A DNA stretch of 64,000 bases from the human T2T-CHM13v2.0 reference genome, Homo sapiens, in NCBI RefSeq assembly GCF_009914755.1, contig NC_060937.1; one strand, 5' to 3'. Both the position numbers and the translations under genes were made by a program. Within the stretch, counting starts at the first letter, position 1; each line of letters opens with the position of its first letter. The notes beneath the pieces were generated by a model that saw only the letters and a list, made by a program, of their open reading frames with translations, did no database searches and was not told where the DNA came from. Of the stretch, positions 25,881 through 39,680 are shown piece after piece.

Positions 25881-28777
25881 CATATGTGAATTATTTTACA
25901 AGTTGTATTTTCCACAAAAATTCACCTCTGTGGAAAGATTATATTTTTTCCTTATTTTGTTGATCTGTAGTATTTTAAATTTTTTACAGTGAATATATTA
26001 CTTATTTTAAAGGAAAATAATGTTAACAATTTAGAGCTATCTAGAAAATACATAGTGATTATACATACTATCATTATTAAGCTGATTATTCACATACATT
26101 GAACTGGTAATATGTTCTAGCCTTAAGAGTTTCATTGTTATGGAGAATGGTCTGAGAGAAAACAAACAAAGAAGTAAAAAACTGTTTCAAAAGGTATTTC
26201 AGAATACCGCTGTATTACCGCTGTATTCAGAAACAGCTGTATTAGTATAACTCAGGGTCCTTTGGAACATTTTGTTTCCTGGCCATTAAATGGCTTTCTA
26301 CTAGAGAAAAGAAATAACATAGGTCTAACACAAGTGAATGCTTTGAGTGACTAGACACAAGCATTACTGAATATGTGGTTTATATTTTATAGTTTACTTA
26401 AAAATTAAGATGAAACAAGCTCTTCCTTTAATATGATCATTTGAACCGTAATGCATAAATATAACCAGAAACCAATTTTATTATTTGTACCAATATATAA
26501 AATTTTCACCATTTTAAACACTAGCAGTTAACCTTACATTTCATATTATAGAGCTATGTTGTTTGCACAAAATCTATAAATAATCATAATTTATAATCTT
26601 ACTCTTAAAAACAGGAGCCACCTGTTCGAAGTGCAGTGACACTGAGTCAAACAACCATTTTCATACTATAGTCTAAAATAGCATATACCATTATAATCAT
26701 CTGACTATACACACTAAGAAGAAAATAAAATTCAATAGCATAAATTAAACAAAAAATATCACATCTGTGAAGTTAGGGTTTGAGTGTCATTATGGAGAAA
26801 AACTTAAAAGAGAGCACTCTTACTATATCAAGCTGCTGTTACCAATTTTATCTGCAAATCATACTTGAAAATGTTACATATGTTCAGCTATTATGCAGCA
26901 CAATACATTTAGATTGGATATTCATTATCAAAGAGATTTACTGTATCTTTTTGAAGTTACTGAAATTAAACCAAAATTGTTCTTATCCTTGTCTCAGATT
27001 ATAAATTGTCAACTGTGGCAAAGAGATAATATTAATATGTGTAAAACAAAGCAATGATTTTAAAAAATATGTTCTAGCTGTGGTCTTTTAGTAATATTAA
27101 TATTTAATATCATTAATTACGCTGAATCTTCTTTTTAGTATGTGATAAATTTTAAAATAAAATTATTGAAACATTGCTTAAAAATTAAGATGACTTGAGA
27201 TGATTTCTAGCAATGCTGTATGAGGGTTAATGTGATATTTAGTAGCAAATATGATATTCAAAAGCATGGAATTTTAAATGAAAAAAATTTAGTACAACAA
27301 CTTTTCAACAATCTCCCAATGTCCAACACGTGGATATATTCATGTTTAGTTATTGTATTATCACTACCAAACATTTTTTGAGATATTTCATTGCCATACA
27401 TGTTTCAATTCAGGCAAAACTCAAGTCTGCATTCTTTCCTTTTAAATGTATTCCTATTTAACCCTATTCACAATATTTTATAACTTAATTTTTATATACT
27501 ATATAAGTCCATAAACCAAAATGAATTTGAAGTATATTTAAAAATTACTACTTAGCTTTTTTACATCTGAAGTGCTTTCTTTCTAAAATTTCCTAAATTT
27601 TACTGCTTTAAATTTTAGGGTATATGTGATGTTCTGCTCCAAATTCTCTATTTGAAAGTTCTATTGGCCAGAATGTCAAACAGGGTGGTGCATAAGTTGT
27701 GCTCATCTAATAATTTTGGGGAGAGATGCTCTTAGGAAAGTACATAATAAACACCTTGTGAAAAATAAATGTTCAAGAAAAGAAACACAACAATCCACAT
27801 GTCATCCAAACATGATCCCCACACCTCTCTTTACATCTACATCATAACAATTTAAATTACTTATTCTTGTTTTGCAGTCATTCTTTTCACTCTTCCCAAC
27901 ATCTGGAATTTTAGTTTTGACTGTGACTTTTTATTGATGCCCAAAGGGCTTTTTCAAAATTTATAATTATTTCAATATTTATTCTAAGTGACTAATTACA
28001 ATATACTGTGTGGAATTTTTGAAATAAAGATACCTGTGACATGGTGACTCTCATCAAAATGAGATTGGCACCCTGATAGCATGTGAATAACTCTGAGATT
28101 TCCACAAATAAAAATAGTCAAGGTGATGGCGTGAACTCTTCATACATCATCAACCACTGAGGTCTCATGCCATTCAGAAATTGATAGATTTGATAACTTT
28201 ATTACACAATTTAGAGAACTAAAAGGATATCTTTATTGCATACATATACCTATCGACTAAATTCATATATAAATCAATCCTCTCAAGGAATGTGCAATGA
28301 ATATATACATATCAAAGGGAGTGGCTGAATGGCTTCAGGTGGAGTGTGGAAATAATAAGCTACTGTATTTGAGTATTTGGTTTTAGCTTGTTTATTTTTT
28401 ATTTTTAATGCCATTTATTCTTAGAATGAAAATCATTTTATTGTTTTTTTTTTTTGAAGGAGTTCCTAAAGAGAAATTACAGAGAAAATTAAAGATTTGT
28501 ATTCAATAGAGAAGCTAAGCTTCTAAATGTGTATACTTCTAGTTTAAGTTAGATTTTATTCAATATTTTTTATTTTTAAAATTTTAAATTAATTTCCTTA
28601 TATCATATTTGCGGCCATTTTAATTATTGTTTTATTTTGTTGTTTTGCTTCTGTTTAACTGGTTTTGTTTCTACTTGTAATAAACTCATTAAAGTGCACC
28701 TAATTTAAACATTTAAACATTTTAGTTATGCTGTTTTAATTACTTAACACAAAGATTCATTTCTACTTGTCTAGTGA

Positions 28778-29016
28778 AGCATCTCTCAAAGGCATTTTAG
28801 TGAAACTTATTTGAAAGTGTGTGTTTGAATAAAGAGTGTCTCAAGGATCAAATAGTTTCTCTATTTTAGCACTTCTCGGAGTCTTTCACAAATATTAAAT
28901 ATATCATGAATCTCAAAGGGATGAATATAGCATATAGTATAACCCATAATTATTTGACCTTCCTACACATCTTCACTAGAATATCTTGTTAGATTTTAAG
29001 ATACACTAGGAAATGT
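28778..29016. mobile_element. Possible hAT-Charlie MITE (MER112/MER103-like)
   Basis: Degenerate TIRs agcatctctcaaag...cactaggaaatg, internal tcaaata/ttatttgacc. Confidence 0.35.
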
Positions 29017-29329
29017 ACGTGAAGAAGTCTGAAATGTCATCATTTATGTTACAATTTAAATTGAGAAAGTATGGAATAGTGTTTGTAAAGGAGAAAACTT
29101 AAACTTTTTTTCATTAGCTTAATTTTGCAGCTACTCTTTAAAATACAGTCAATAAAGACCACTGCTCCTTATTGAAAGAACAATTTGCTTATAAAATACA
29201 GCTTTGCTAAATAGGAGTTTACTACAAAAATACTAATTTTACTTATGAGAAAAATTTTTGAATCCATAAAACCTGTTTACTTCTTACATGTCATTTACTT
29301 TGCATGAAGACAATGGTAACAGTGGGAAT

Positions 29330-29500
29330 AAGAATAGCTAGTGTTTTTGAGAGCTTATTAGATACCAGACACTGCATCAGCAATTATATTAATATTATAT
29401 TCTTTAATCCTTAAACAGGTTCTGACATCTTGAGATTCAAATGTGAGGAAATGAGCTTAATGACACCCAAGGCCATAATGCTAGTGCTAGTGATAATTGT
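29330..29500 (-). mobile_element. MIR SINE
   Basis: aatagcta...gagcttatt...ccagacactg...tttaatcct...gaggaaatgag...cccaaggcca. Confidence 0.6.
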
Positions 29501-29719
29501 AATGAGCCCAGCTATGGTTGTTGCTAACAATGAGGCTTTAAGTGAAACAGTTCTGTGACCTTAACTGATGTGATTCAAATTTTGATTATAGGATTACCTG
29601 AGGTAATCAATAGTTGTTGATAAATTTCTATAAATGTATTGTTATAGATGAATAGAGAAAGATAAGTATAAAATTTCCTTGAAAGACTAATCACCACCAT
29701 TATCAATTTTTTATATATT

Positions 29720-32655
29720 TACTAATTTTATTAGCATAAAATTTACCATACCTGCCATTTTAAGTGTACAATATAGAAGGGTTATTATAGGCACAGCATT
29801 ATGCAATAGAGCTTTACAAGTTTTTCATCCCGTAGCACTGAAACTCTATATCCACTGAACAAACCTTCTTTCCTCCCGCCCCCAGCCCTTTGCAACAACA
29901 ATTATACTTTCTGTTTCTAAGAGTTTGACTATTTTAGATACCTCTATAAGTGGATTCATGCAATATTTGCCTTTTTGTGACTGGTTTATTTTGCTTAGTA
30001 TAATAGCCTTAAGGTTGCAGCATATGACTTTTTTTTCCTTTTTAAGGCTGAATAATATTTTGCTATATAAATTTACATTCTCTTTATTCATTCATCTTTA
30101 AATGAACATTTAGATACAGTCCATCTCTTAGTTATTGTGAATAATGCTGCCGTGAACATGGGAGTGCAGCTGTATCTTTAAGATTCTGTTTTCAAAACAT
30201 TTGAATACATATTCATAAGAGGGATTGCTAAATTTTATGGTAATTCTATTTTTATTTTTTTTAGTAACCTCCATGATATTTTCCATACCAGATGCACCAT
30301 GCTACATTTCCAGTGCTGCATGAGGATGCCAGTTTTTCTACATCCTCACCAACACTGGTAATTTTCTAGCTTTTTTTTTTTATAATGACCATTCTAATGG
30401 GTGTGATTTGATATGTCATTTAGGTTTTGATATGCATTTCCCTGATAATTAGTGATTGATACAGTTTGAATATTTGCTACTCCAAAGCTCATGTTGAAAT
30501 GTGATCTCCAGTGTTGGAGGAGTGGCCTAGTAAGAGGTCTTTGGGTCATTAGGGCAGAACTTTCATGAATGGCTTGGTGCTCCCTCCCAAACTAATATAC
30601 GAGTTTTCACTCTATTAGCTCATGGGAGATCTGATTGTTAAAAAGAGTCTGGCACCTCTTCTTCTATCTCTTGCTTCCTCTTGCCACATAACACACCTAC
30701 TCCCTCTTCACCTTCTGCCATGAGTAAAAGCTTCCTGAGGCCTTACTAGAAGCAGATGCTGGTGCCACTTTCTGGTACAACATACAGAACTGTGAGCCAA
30801 ATAAACCTCTTTTATTTATAAATTACCCAGCCTCCAGTATTCCATTATAGCAATGCAAAACAGACTAATACAGTGAGGTTGAGCATCTTTTTGCATGTTA
30901 TTTACCCATTCATATATTCTTTGGATAAATGTTTATTAAAATCCTCCTTTGATTTTTAAATTGGATTGTATATATATTTTTGTTCTTGAATTGTGGAAGT
31001 TATTTATACATTCTTGGCATTAATCTCTTTCAGATATATGGCTTGCAAATATGTTCTCCCACTCCATAGGTTGTGTTTTCACTCTGTTAATTGTTTTCTT
31101 TCTGAGTAGAAATTTTTAGTTCAATGTAGTCCCACTTGTCTATTTTACAGTACCATTTCATGTATTTTGTTGCCTGTGCTTTTCGTGTCCTATCTAGGAA
31201 ATTATTACCTAATTCACTCTGTCATAAAGTTTTGCCTCCATTTCTTCAAGGAGTTTTACAGTTTCAGGTTATACATTTAGCTCTTAAATCCATTTGGTTA
31301 CTATTCTATATGGTGTAAAATAGGGCTCCAACATCCTTCTTTGCACATGGATATCCAGTTTTCTCAACCCCATTTGTTGACGAGACTCTCCTTTTCCCAT
31401 TGTGAAGTCTTGGCACCCTTCTGGCAGATCTTTTGACCATGTACATGAGGATTTATTTCTGGGCTCTCTATTTCATTCCATTGGTCTCCGAATCTTTTTT
31501 TATGCAAATATCACTGTTTTGACATCTGTAGATACATAACACATTTTAAAATCAGGATGTATGTGGCCTCCGGCTCTGCTTTTCTTTCTAAAGATTGTTT
31601 TTGCAATTTGGTGTCCTTTGAGATTCCGATAAATTTTAGGATTTTTTTTTGTCTATTCTTGCAAAAAATGCCACTGGGATTTTGATTAAATCTGTAGATC
31701 ACTTTGGATAGCATAGACATTTTAGCAATATTAAATTTTCCAGTCTATGAACATGAGATAATTTTCCATTTGCTTATGTCTTCTCTTAGTTTCTTTCAGG
31801 AGTGTCTTGTAGCTTTTTTGCGTGTAAAAGTTTTTCATTTTCTCCGTTAATTCTATTTCCGATTTTTTGTTTTGTTTTTGATGCTATTATAAATCAGATT
31901 GTTTACTTTTAGTTATGAATTGTTCATTATTATTGTATAGACATGCAACTGATTTTTTGTGCATTGATTGTGTATCCTGTATCTTAGCTGAATTCATTTA
32001 TTAGTTCTGTTTTTTTGTGGAAGTTTTAGAGTTTTGTACATACACAATCACATCATCTGAGAAGAGAGGTAAACTTACTTCTTCCTTTCCTATTTGGATG
32101 TCTTCTATTTGTTTATTTTTTTGTTGCCTGATTTTTCTGGCTGAGACTTTCATTACTATATTGAGTAGAAGTGGTGAGAGTGGGCATCATATCTTTCTTC
32201 CTGTTCTCGTAGGGAACGCTTCAATTTTTCACTATTATGTGGTTTGATGTGGCTTGGGTTATTTATTATGTTCTTTATTGTGTTGAGGTAAATTTCTTTT
32301 ATTTTCACCTTGTTGAATGCTTTTGGCATAAAAGGGTACTAAATTTTGTCAAATGCCTTTTCTGCATCAATTTGATCATATGTCTTTTTTTCCTTCTGTG
32401 AATGTGTCATATTACACTGATTGATTTTCATATGTTCAATCTATCAATCTCTCTTGCATTCCAGGAATAAATGACACTTGGTTGGGGTGTATAATTATTT
32501 TAATGTGTGGTTGAATTTGTTTTGCTAGTATTTTGTTGAGGATTATTGCCTTAATATTCACCAGGAATATTGGTCTGTCTTTTTCTTTTCTTATAGTGTC
32601 TTTGCCTAATTTTGGTATCAGAATAATGCTGGTCTCATAAAATGAGTCTGGAAGG
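29720..32655 (-). mobile_element. L1MA9/L1MB 3' UTR and ORF2 3' half, interrupted by MSTB
   Basis: ttttaagtgtaca...actgaaactctata...gagtttgactattttagatacc; continuous reverse ORF2 to aaaatgagtctggaag. Confidence 0.9.
30457..30872 (+). mobile_element. MSTB (MaLR) solo LTR
   Basis: tgatacagtttg...ctcatgttgaaatgtga...aataaacctctttt...gactaataca; TSD gtgat/gtgag. Confidence 0.92.
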
Positions 32656-33170
32656 GGCTAGGCACCTTCTTCTAATAGGGGCAAGCTAATAGGTTTCTGT
32701 CTTTGATATTACAAGTTCTCTGATGCTGCCAAAAGCTGGTGAGTTTTGTTTTATTCACAGCAATCTCCAGGCATCCAAAGTATGCTGATTCCCTAGCAGC
32801 AGTACAAGACAGGTGAGACAGAGAATCCAGTCCTACAGGCAGCCTCCTACAAAACCAGATCATAGGTCATTCTCCCTTTCTCTCCCACTCTCCAAGAAAG
32901 AAGCTGCACATTTAGCTTTTCTTCTTGACTAGGAGTTGTCTGGCCTGAGGGAGGAATTGACATGGATGATATGAAATGGCTTTTCTTACTCATTTTAGTG
33001 CAACAGTTCTTGGATTTGAACTTTGCCAGAACACTAAAATTTCCTAACTGGTTTCTAGTATTATCATCAAGGCTTTTTGGACTTTATATTGTTATTAAGT
33101 TGGTGATTCTGGGGCTGGGGGAGAGCAAGGTCTAGGGCTTCCTACTCCACTATCTTGCTGAAGTCACTAC
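32656..33170 (-). mobile_element. Probable L1M 5' UTR segment
   Basis: Higher GC; ends ttcctactccactatcttgctgaagtcac, the reverse of the caagatgg-type L1M 5' terminus. Confidence 0.55.
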
Positions 33171-33195
33171 ACTTCCTTTAACTAAAAAAGTAATT

Positions 33196-33489
33196 GTTCT
33201 GGCACAATGGCTCATGCCTATAATCCCAGCACTTTAGGAGGCCGGGGTGGGTGGATCACTTGAGGTCAGGAACTTGAGACCAACATGGCCAACATGATGA
33301 AACCTCGTTTCTACTAAAACTACAAAAATTAGCAGGGCATGGTGGCGGGTGCCTGTAATCTCAGCTATTCAGGAGGCTGAGGCACTAGAATCCCTTGAAC
33401 CTGAGAGGCTGCAATGAGCTGAGATTGCACCACTGCACTTTAGCCTGGGTGGCAGAGTGAGACGCCACCTCAAAAGAAAATATAAAAAT
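33196..33489 (+). mobile_element. Alu (Sz/Jb-like)
   Basis: Dimeric Alu; TSD aaaaagtaatt. Confidence 0.95.
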
Positions 33490-33769
33490 AAAAAGTAATT
33501 AATATAGAAGCGTTATTGTGAACTTCGCAATAAATATCCTTTTAAAGAAAAACTATAAATATCAAAAACAGACTTTAAGCCTATATATGTTCAGTTTATT
33601 GACAATCTAATTTATATTTACTCATTCATGTCTTCAAAATGTAGGCTAACCACATGAGTATTGCTGTTTTAGGCACTGGAATTGTTGATATACAAAAACA
33701 TTTCTGCCTCTATCTGGCTATTGTTCCAGAGTGGGAGACAACAGATACAAATAAGTAATAACTTCTTCC

Positions 33770-34104
33770 TTCTTCTTTATTGGATTGCTTATTCTGGGGT
33801 GATTTAAAAGCCATTTTTGTGAGATGCAATCCTCCTATGAAAAACCTCACATGGTGAGCAATAGAGGCCTCCAGCAAAGAGCCATGTGAGTAAGCCATCT
33901 GGAAACAAATCCTCTAGCCCATCCAAAGCCTTCAGATGAATGTAGCCCCTGACAACTTAACTGAAACTACAGGTGATACTTTGAGCCACAACATCCAGCT
34001 AACTTGCTTGTATTCCTGACCTGCGCAAACTGTGAGATCATCAGTGGCTGTCCTTTTAAGCCATTAATATTAGAATAATGTATGAAGAAATAAATAAGTG
34101 ATAT
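33770..34104 (+). mobile_element. MLT1F-like MaLR LTR (3' part)
   Basis: cacatggtgag...gccatgtgagt...aagccttcagatga...ttcctgacc...aaactgtgagat...ttttaagcca. Confidence 0.75.
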
Positions 34105-34707
34105 CAATACATATATCTATAGTTATTTTCATTTTAAGAATTTCTCTTTTCTCATTCTTGGAAATTTATCTTTATGATTACTTCAAATTTCCTGTGATTT
34201 TCTAACTCGTTTTATTCAGATATTGACACTTGTATTTCCATTATCTATATCACTTACTTTCCTTCAATACTTTTAAATGATATACCATAGTTTACTGGAT
34301 CCCTTGTTTCTTTCATTTGTTATATCATTTAGCTTTTATTTTTGTTTTTGTTTAAAAAAAAAAGCTATCAACCCTATTGCTGCTTTTTGAAGCTTTTTGT
34401 TTGTTCTAATTCTGAATGTTTTAATATGTCTTTTTTGTTTGGTTTCAGTCATTTTATTCTAAAAGTGTAGATGTTTTATGTTTATGTTTACATGGCTTGA
34501 TAAGAGTAATCTTTCTACCTGTGTTATCTGCCATAAGTTTTGTAAAATTCTGAGTTCTCTCTTCTTTTTGGTTTCTTTCTATTTCTCACTTGTGATTATA
34601 TCAAATTTTATACAGCATTTATCTTTTCTGGGGATTCCTAAATTATTTTCTGTATAATATAGCTTTTTATCTTTCTATGCTTGTTCAGGAAATTCTCTTC
34701 TGTAATA

Positions 34708-35656
34708 AAGTCAATTATCATTATTCATATTAGTTATGCTTTATATAATGGTTCCATGGACTCTGAATTAACGAATACCAAATCATCGCTCCTACAGAAA
34801 TACAGGGCTAAATTCCTAATAACATTTTCATCAGCCAATCAATATATGTTTGTTTTGTGTGTGTTTCTGCTTAAAGACACCTTTTTAAATATACATTGTT
34901 GATTTAGCAACACAGAAGTATGGTTACTAGAACTATAACTTAATGGCTGAATGAAGGGGAACATAAATGTCCTCCATTATCTACATCATAGCATAGCCTT
35001 TTATTTTCTTTCCTTTTTTTTTTCCTCGAGATGAGTCTGGTCCTGTTGTCCAGGCTGGAGTGCAGTGCCATGATCTCAGTTCACTGCAACCTTCACCTGT
35101 AGGGCTCAAACAATCCCACTGCCTTACCACCGGAGTAGCTGGGATTACAGGCATTCACCGCCACACCCAGCTAATTTTTGTATTTTTGGTAGAGGCAGGG
35201 TTTTACATGTTGGCCAGGCTGGTCTCAAACTCCTTGTCTCAAAATCCTCAAGTGATCCACCTACCTCTATATCCCAAAGTGCTGTGATGACAGGCCATCC
35301 TAGCCTTCTTGTGCTTAGGAACACTAGTCAGCACTTAAGCATTATGCACTGGGACCAATTCAAACAGTGAAATCAACAACAAAAATTCACAGTGCAAAAA
35401 ATGCCACACTAAATACATTGAAAAAAGGATGCTTGTTTACATTATGAGAGCTGATACAAGAAGATACAGTGTTGTCTTGTTTGACCTCAGCTGGGAATGT
35501 ATACATGGGCAATTCAGATTCCTCACTGCTTTTTGTGTACACATATCCATGAATGACTGTAAAAGCACCACAAGTATAGATTTTTTTGGTTACAAATACA
35601 TTTTAGTAGGTAGGAAATTCACAAATACAGAATCTGTGAACAATGAAGATTAACTG
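34708..35656 (-). mobile_element. MER82 TcMar-Tigger element split by an Alu
   Basis: TIRs aagtcaattatcattattc / gaacaatgaagattaactg, TA flanks; internal gacctcagctgggaa. Confidence 0.8.
34999..35295 (-). mobile_element. Alu (old S/J-like), 5'-truncated
   Basis: Reverse Alu; degenerate TSD catc(a/c)tagc; internal duplication gtctcaaa.tcct. Confidence 0.93.
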
Positions 35657-38600
35657 TATATTCCAGTGTGATAATATATATTCAGTGTTATCTAGTTCGT
35701 TTTAAACCCATCCATCATATCTTTATTTCTTTGTGTTAGTTCTTTTATTTTTACAATTATTAGCTTTCTGCTGTGGGTATTAATATTGCATTTTAATCGT
35801 TTAGTCATATCCAGAAGAGTCATTTTTAAAAATTTTGTGACTCTCTTGTTTTTTGGTCATATGATCTTATCCTATCAAATTTTTAATATTTATTTTTATT
35901 AACAGCATAAATTATAAAAATTTTAGAGATAATTTGAGTCTGTTTGTTACATCTGCTTTCACTAGAAAGGATTTCACTCTATTCTAGACCACTAGGTTAT
36001 ATGCATTAATAATACAAGATAGCTTTAATCCAATGAGGGCCTGAGAAGGGTCAAAATTAGTCTTTAGTTCCTGTGAAGGTTGGCTTATTTTTTGTGCATA
36101 GTACTGTACAACTTTGGTATCAAACCCAATCCACGGGTCTTACCAGTGACTTTCCTCCTTGGTGATCCCTGAAATAAAATGTTTTTCTCCTCAGTCCCTT
36201 ATAACTACTAAAGATTTTGCTAACTTCTAATCCTTTAAGTCATGTTTTCATTAATAAGCACATGTCTTAAATGCCTCACTCACCTGTTTGGCCCATTTCT
36301 TTTCTCAGATTTTGGTCCTGCAGTTCCTTTCTACATTCTAGCTCATTGATACCTTTAGACATATTTTAATGCATTTTGTCTAACTTTTCTAATTATTTTC
36401 TATTGGAATTTGGGGATGTGACATACTGCCTGCCATTGCTGGAAATGGTTCTTGATTATATCCTTTTTTTTTTTTTTGGGGCAGGCAGTATTTTGTAAAG
36501 CCAAATTTTGGTTTTTCCATTTTAATTTATGAGAAATACCAAGTAATATGCTTAGGAGAATGTTTCTATCTCACTCTAATATTTTACAATGAGGTTAGTA
36601 AATACAGTATAATCAGCTCATAAATAATTAGTATTGGTACATTATCCTTCAGAATATAATTAAAATAAATATGCCTTTGACTTTACCTGAGTGAAAATTT
36701 TAATTTGACCTTTCAACATAGAATCCATAAAATTTTTGTTAAGATACAGGTTCACTATGAGTATAAATAACTTAAAAAGATTGATATTAAATTATTTTTG
36801 CTTATTCTGCAATCAATTTTTGCCCAAGAGATTGAGTGTAACCAAAGGTTACTTAGAACTTGGGACATTTCATGTAAATTCATCTCCAAGAATATTAAAT
36901 GCTCAGCATATTTGTTTTTAGTTTCTATATGAATATATAAATTTATACCTACATTCTATATGTATTACACACATATATGATACACACGTGTACTTTTTAA
37001 GTAAAACACTTTTTTAATCTTTTGAGCTATTTTATGACAGTTTTAGAAAGTTAAAAATCTATTATTCTAACAATTCAGTGTCACTGGACTTTCTAATCTT
37101 ACTGCTTAAAATGAGAATATACTTCAGCAAAATATGTAACATTTCCAAATGGTAACAAAAGGCATCTAGAATCTGAATATTGTGTGACAACTAATATTAT
37201 CGGTTAATATTAATATTAGAAAGATTTAGATCTGTCTTTAAAGTATATCTCTTTAAAAAAATTTGAAAGGGAAAAATAGATATGAACTGGTAGTTTTGAC
37301 CCAGAATAAAAGCTTTAGTATGTATTGTATATATTAAGTCCTTTCCAACAGTCTGAAATAAGTCCAGTGTAATCATTTTGGTAACAAAATCTCTTAGAGC
37401 TTTGGCATAAGCAACAAAAGAAAGAAAACTCGCTTTTCCTGTTGGTTGCCACATTTGAGAATTAATTAAGAACACGTGATGATTTTCAGAAAATAACCTT
37501 TTTTCTCTTTATTTGCAGAAAAATTGTAAAAAATATCAATTCCAAGAGCAAGTTATCATGCACCATGTAGAACTGATATTGAAAAGTAGCAAATAAAAAG
37601 CATTACATTAACTTCTTTTGTAATACAAAGTACAAAATGTCTAGATGGTTCACTAAAATTTAAATTGTTATTGTGAAGGATTATGAATACGTGAAAGTAC
37701 AATTTAAATAGTATCTCATTTATATGGAAAAGGAAGAACACACATGCAATATATACAGCTAAAGTTCTCTTGAAACATATAACATCATTTATTTTTCTAT
37801 ATGTTTAAAGTAAGTTAAAACAATAAAAAGCTGAGCTAAGCTAAGGTAATATTTTATATTTTCTAGAATCTCAAACAAATTAGAACAATGAAGTTGATTG
37901 AAGGCTAAAGTTTGAATATACAAATGGATGAATTTACAATCATCAAATATTTCACATTTTTATGATTTACAGCTGTGTTTAAATAAATCTATCTAATTAT
38001 ACTGAAGCCTGCCATGTATTCATGGACTAATCCCATTTGCATGCTTAGAAAATGATAACAATGAGCTTCACTGAGCAATAAAGATTTAGACAAACAAATT
38101 GAGGAGTTTCAACACTAATCCTAGGTATTTTTTCTGATATTTATATGGCTCCCTGCTTCCAACAGATCATGATTTTGACCTTAAACCACAAGTAAGAAAG
38201 ACAGAAAAGTCAATGCTTCACACTTCCCCACAAAGACTGGACCATCTGGACGCTTTATATTTGTAACAGGTGCTTCTGGGATTTAGAGCCTAATTCTGGC
38301 CCAGATTCTGTTCTGTATGGGTGACTCTGTTGCTATGTGCAATTGTGCATTGCATTAATTGAAGAGAATAGAAAAGGCCAAGTACAGCAATTAGTCAGTT
38401 GGTCATGCAGAAAAGAGTCTAGTGGCTTTGAGCCACAGAATGCTGAATGCACAGATGCACAGTACCATCAGTTTTGCTCTCTGTGGTATGCTCCTAGTCT
38501 GTGACAGGTAAATGCCTTTGTGACTTGATTCCAGTTTTCTGTCCCCTTTGAAAATAAACTACATTTTTTAACCACAGGAGAGAGAAAATGCTTGTTTTGG

Positions 38601-39204
38601 ATACCCTAAAAACCAGCTACATTGACACAATATGTCTTGAATATACAACAGAACAATATAAAATAGGCATAGCTGTCAGAAAACCTAAAAATTATAAGTG
38701 AAAAGACTAATATGTACTTTACTCATGAAATATGTAGATGTGGTATTTATTGGATAAAATCATTATTTTTAATAGTGGTTTTCAAAATGGGAAGAAGTTT
38801 GAAAACTCATACATAGCCTGTGTCCAAATTTAATATTGGTTAAGCCTTTTAAAGTATACATAACAGTTTAGTTACCTAAAACCCCAGTTTCTTCATTTAT
38901 AAATTAAAGTCATTGTCAAGAATCAAATGATGTAATAAATGACAAGAACAATAATCATTAACATATAATTTGGGATCAAACAAATAAAGAAACAAATAAT
39001 AAAATAACTTATAGCCCTAGAATACAGACTATTTTTAACCTTTATGTTCTATACTAAGTTTTAAAAATTGAATTATCATATTTGTCATACTTTATGGTAT
39101 TAACTTTATATTTTAGTGTTTTCAATATTTTATTCTATGTTTTATATACCACTTCTTAGTTCAACTTTTGATAATTTAAATATAAGTTGTTACTGTTACT
39201 TTAA

Positions 39205-39580
39205 TAAAATCAAATAGTTTGAATATCAACTATGTCAGGAACTGTTCTAGGTACTCGGCATAAACATTGAACAAAATAGAAAATTCTTCTACCTCTGTGA
39301 AGCTTAACAATGTGGGAGTAGACACATCACATATTTGATGCTTATTTGTATATTTGTACAAATATACTATCTATAAAATATATATATATAATATTGGAGT
39401 AAGGAAAGCAAAGTAAGTAAACTAAGGTGGAAATAATAAAGATGATACTTTAGCTAGTGAGGCCAGGAAAGAAATATTGAAGGAGGTGATATTTACGTAA
39501 AGACTTACATTACATGAGAAAACAAATATTGTAGATCAATGTGGGAAAGAGCATTGTAGACCATGGAATAAGCAGAGGGA
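39205..39580 (-). mobile_element. L2a 3' fragment
   Basis: aactatgtcaggaactgttctaggtac...gaaggaggtgatattt...gggaaagagcattgtag. Confidence 0.7.
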
Positions 39581-39587
39581 ACAGGAA

Positions 39588-39680
39588 GGTATACTTATCT
39601 ACAAACTCATTAAGTTGTATACATTATATATGTAGAGCTTTATGTTTGTCAGGCTTTGTACTTCAATAAAAGGGTTTAAA
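39588..39680 (+). mobile_element. Short L1M 3' terminal fragment
   Basis: aaactcattaagttgtatacatta...tacttcaataaa. Confidence 0.55.
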
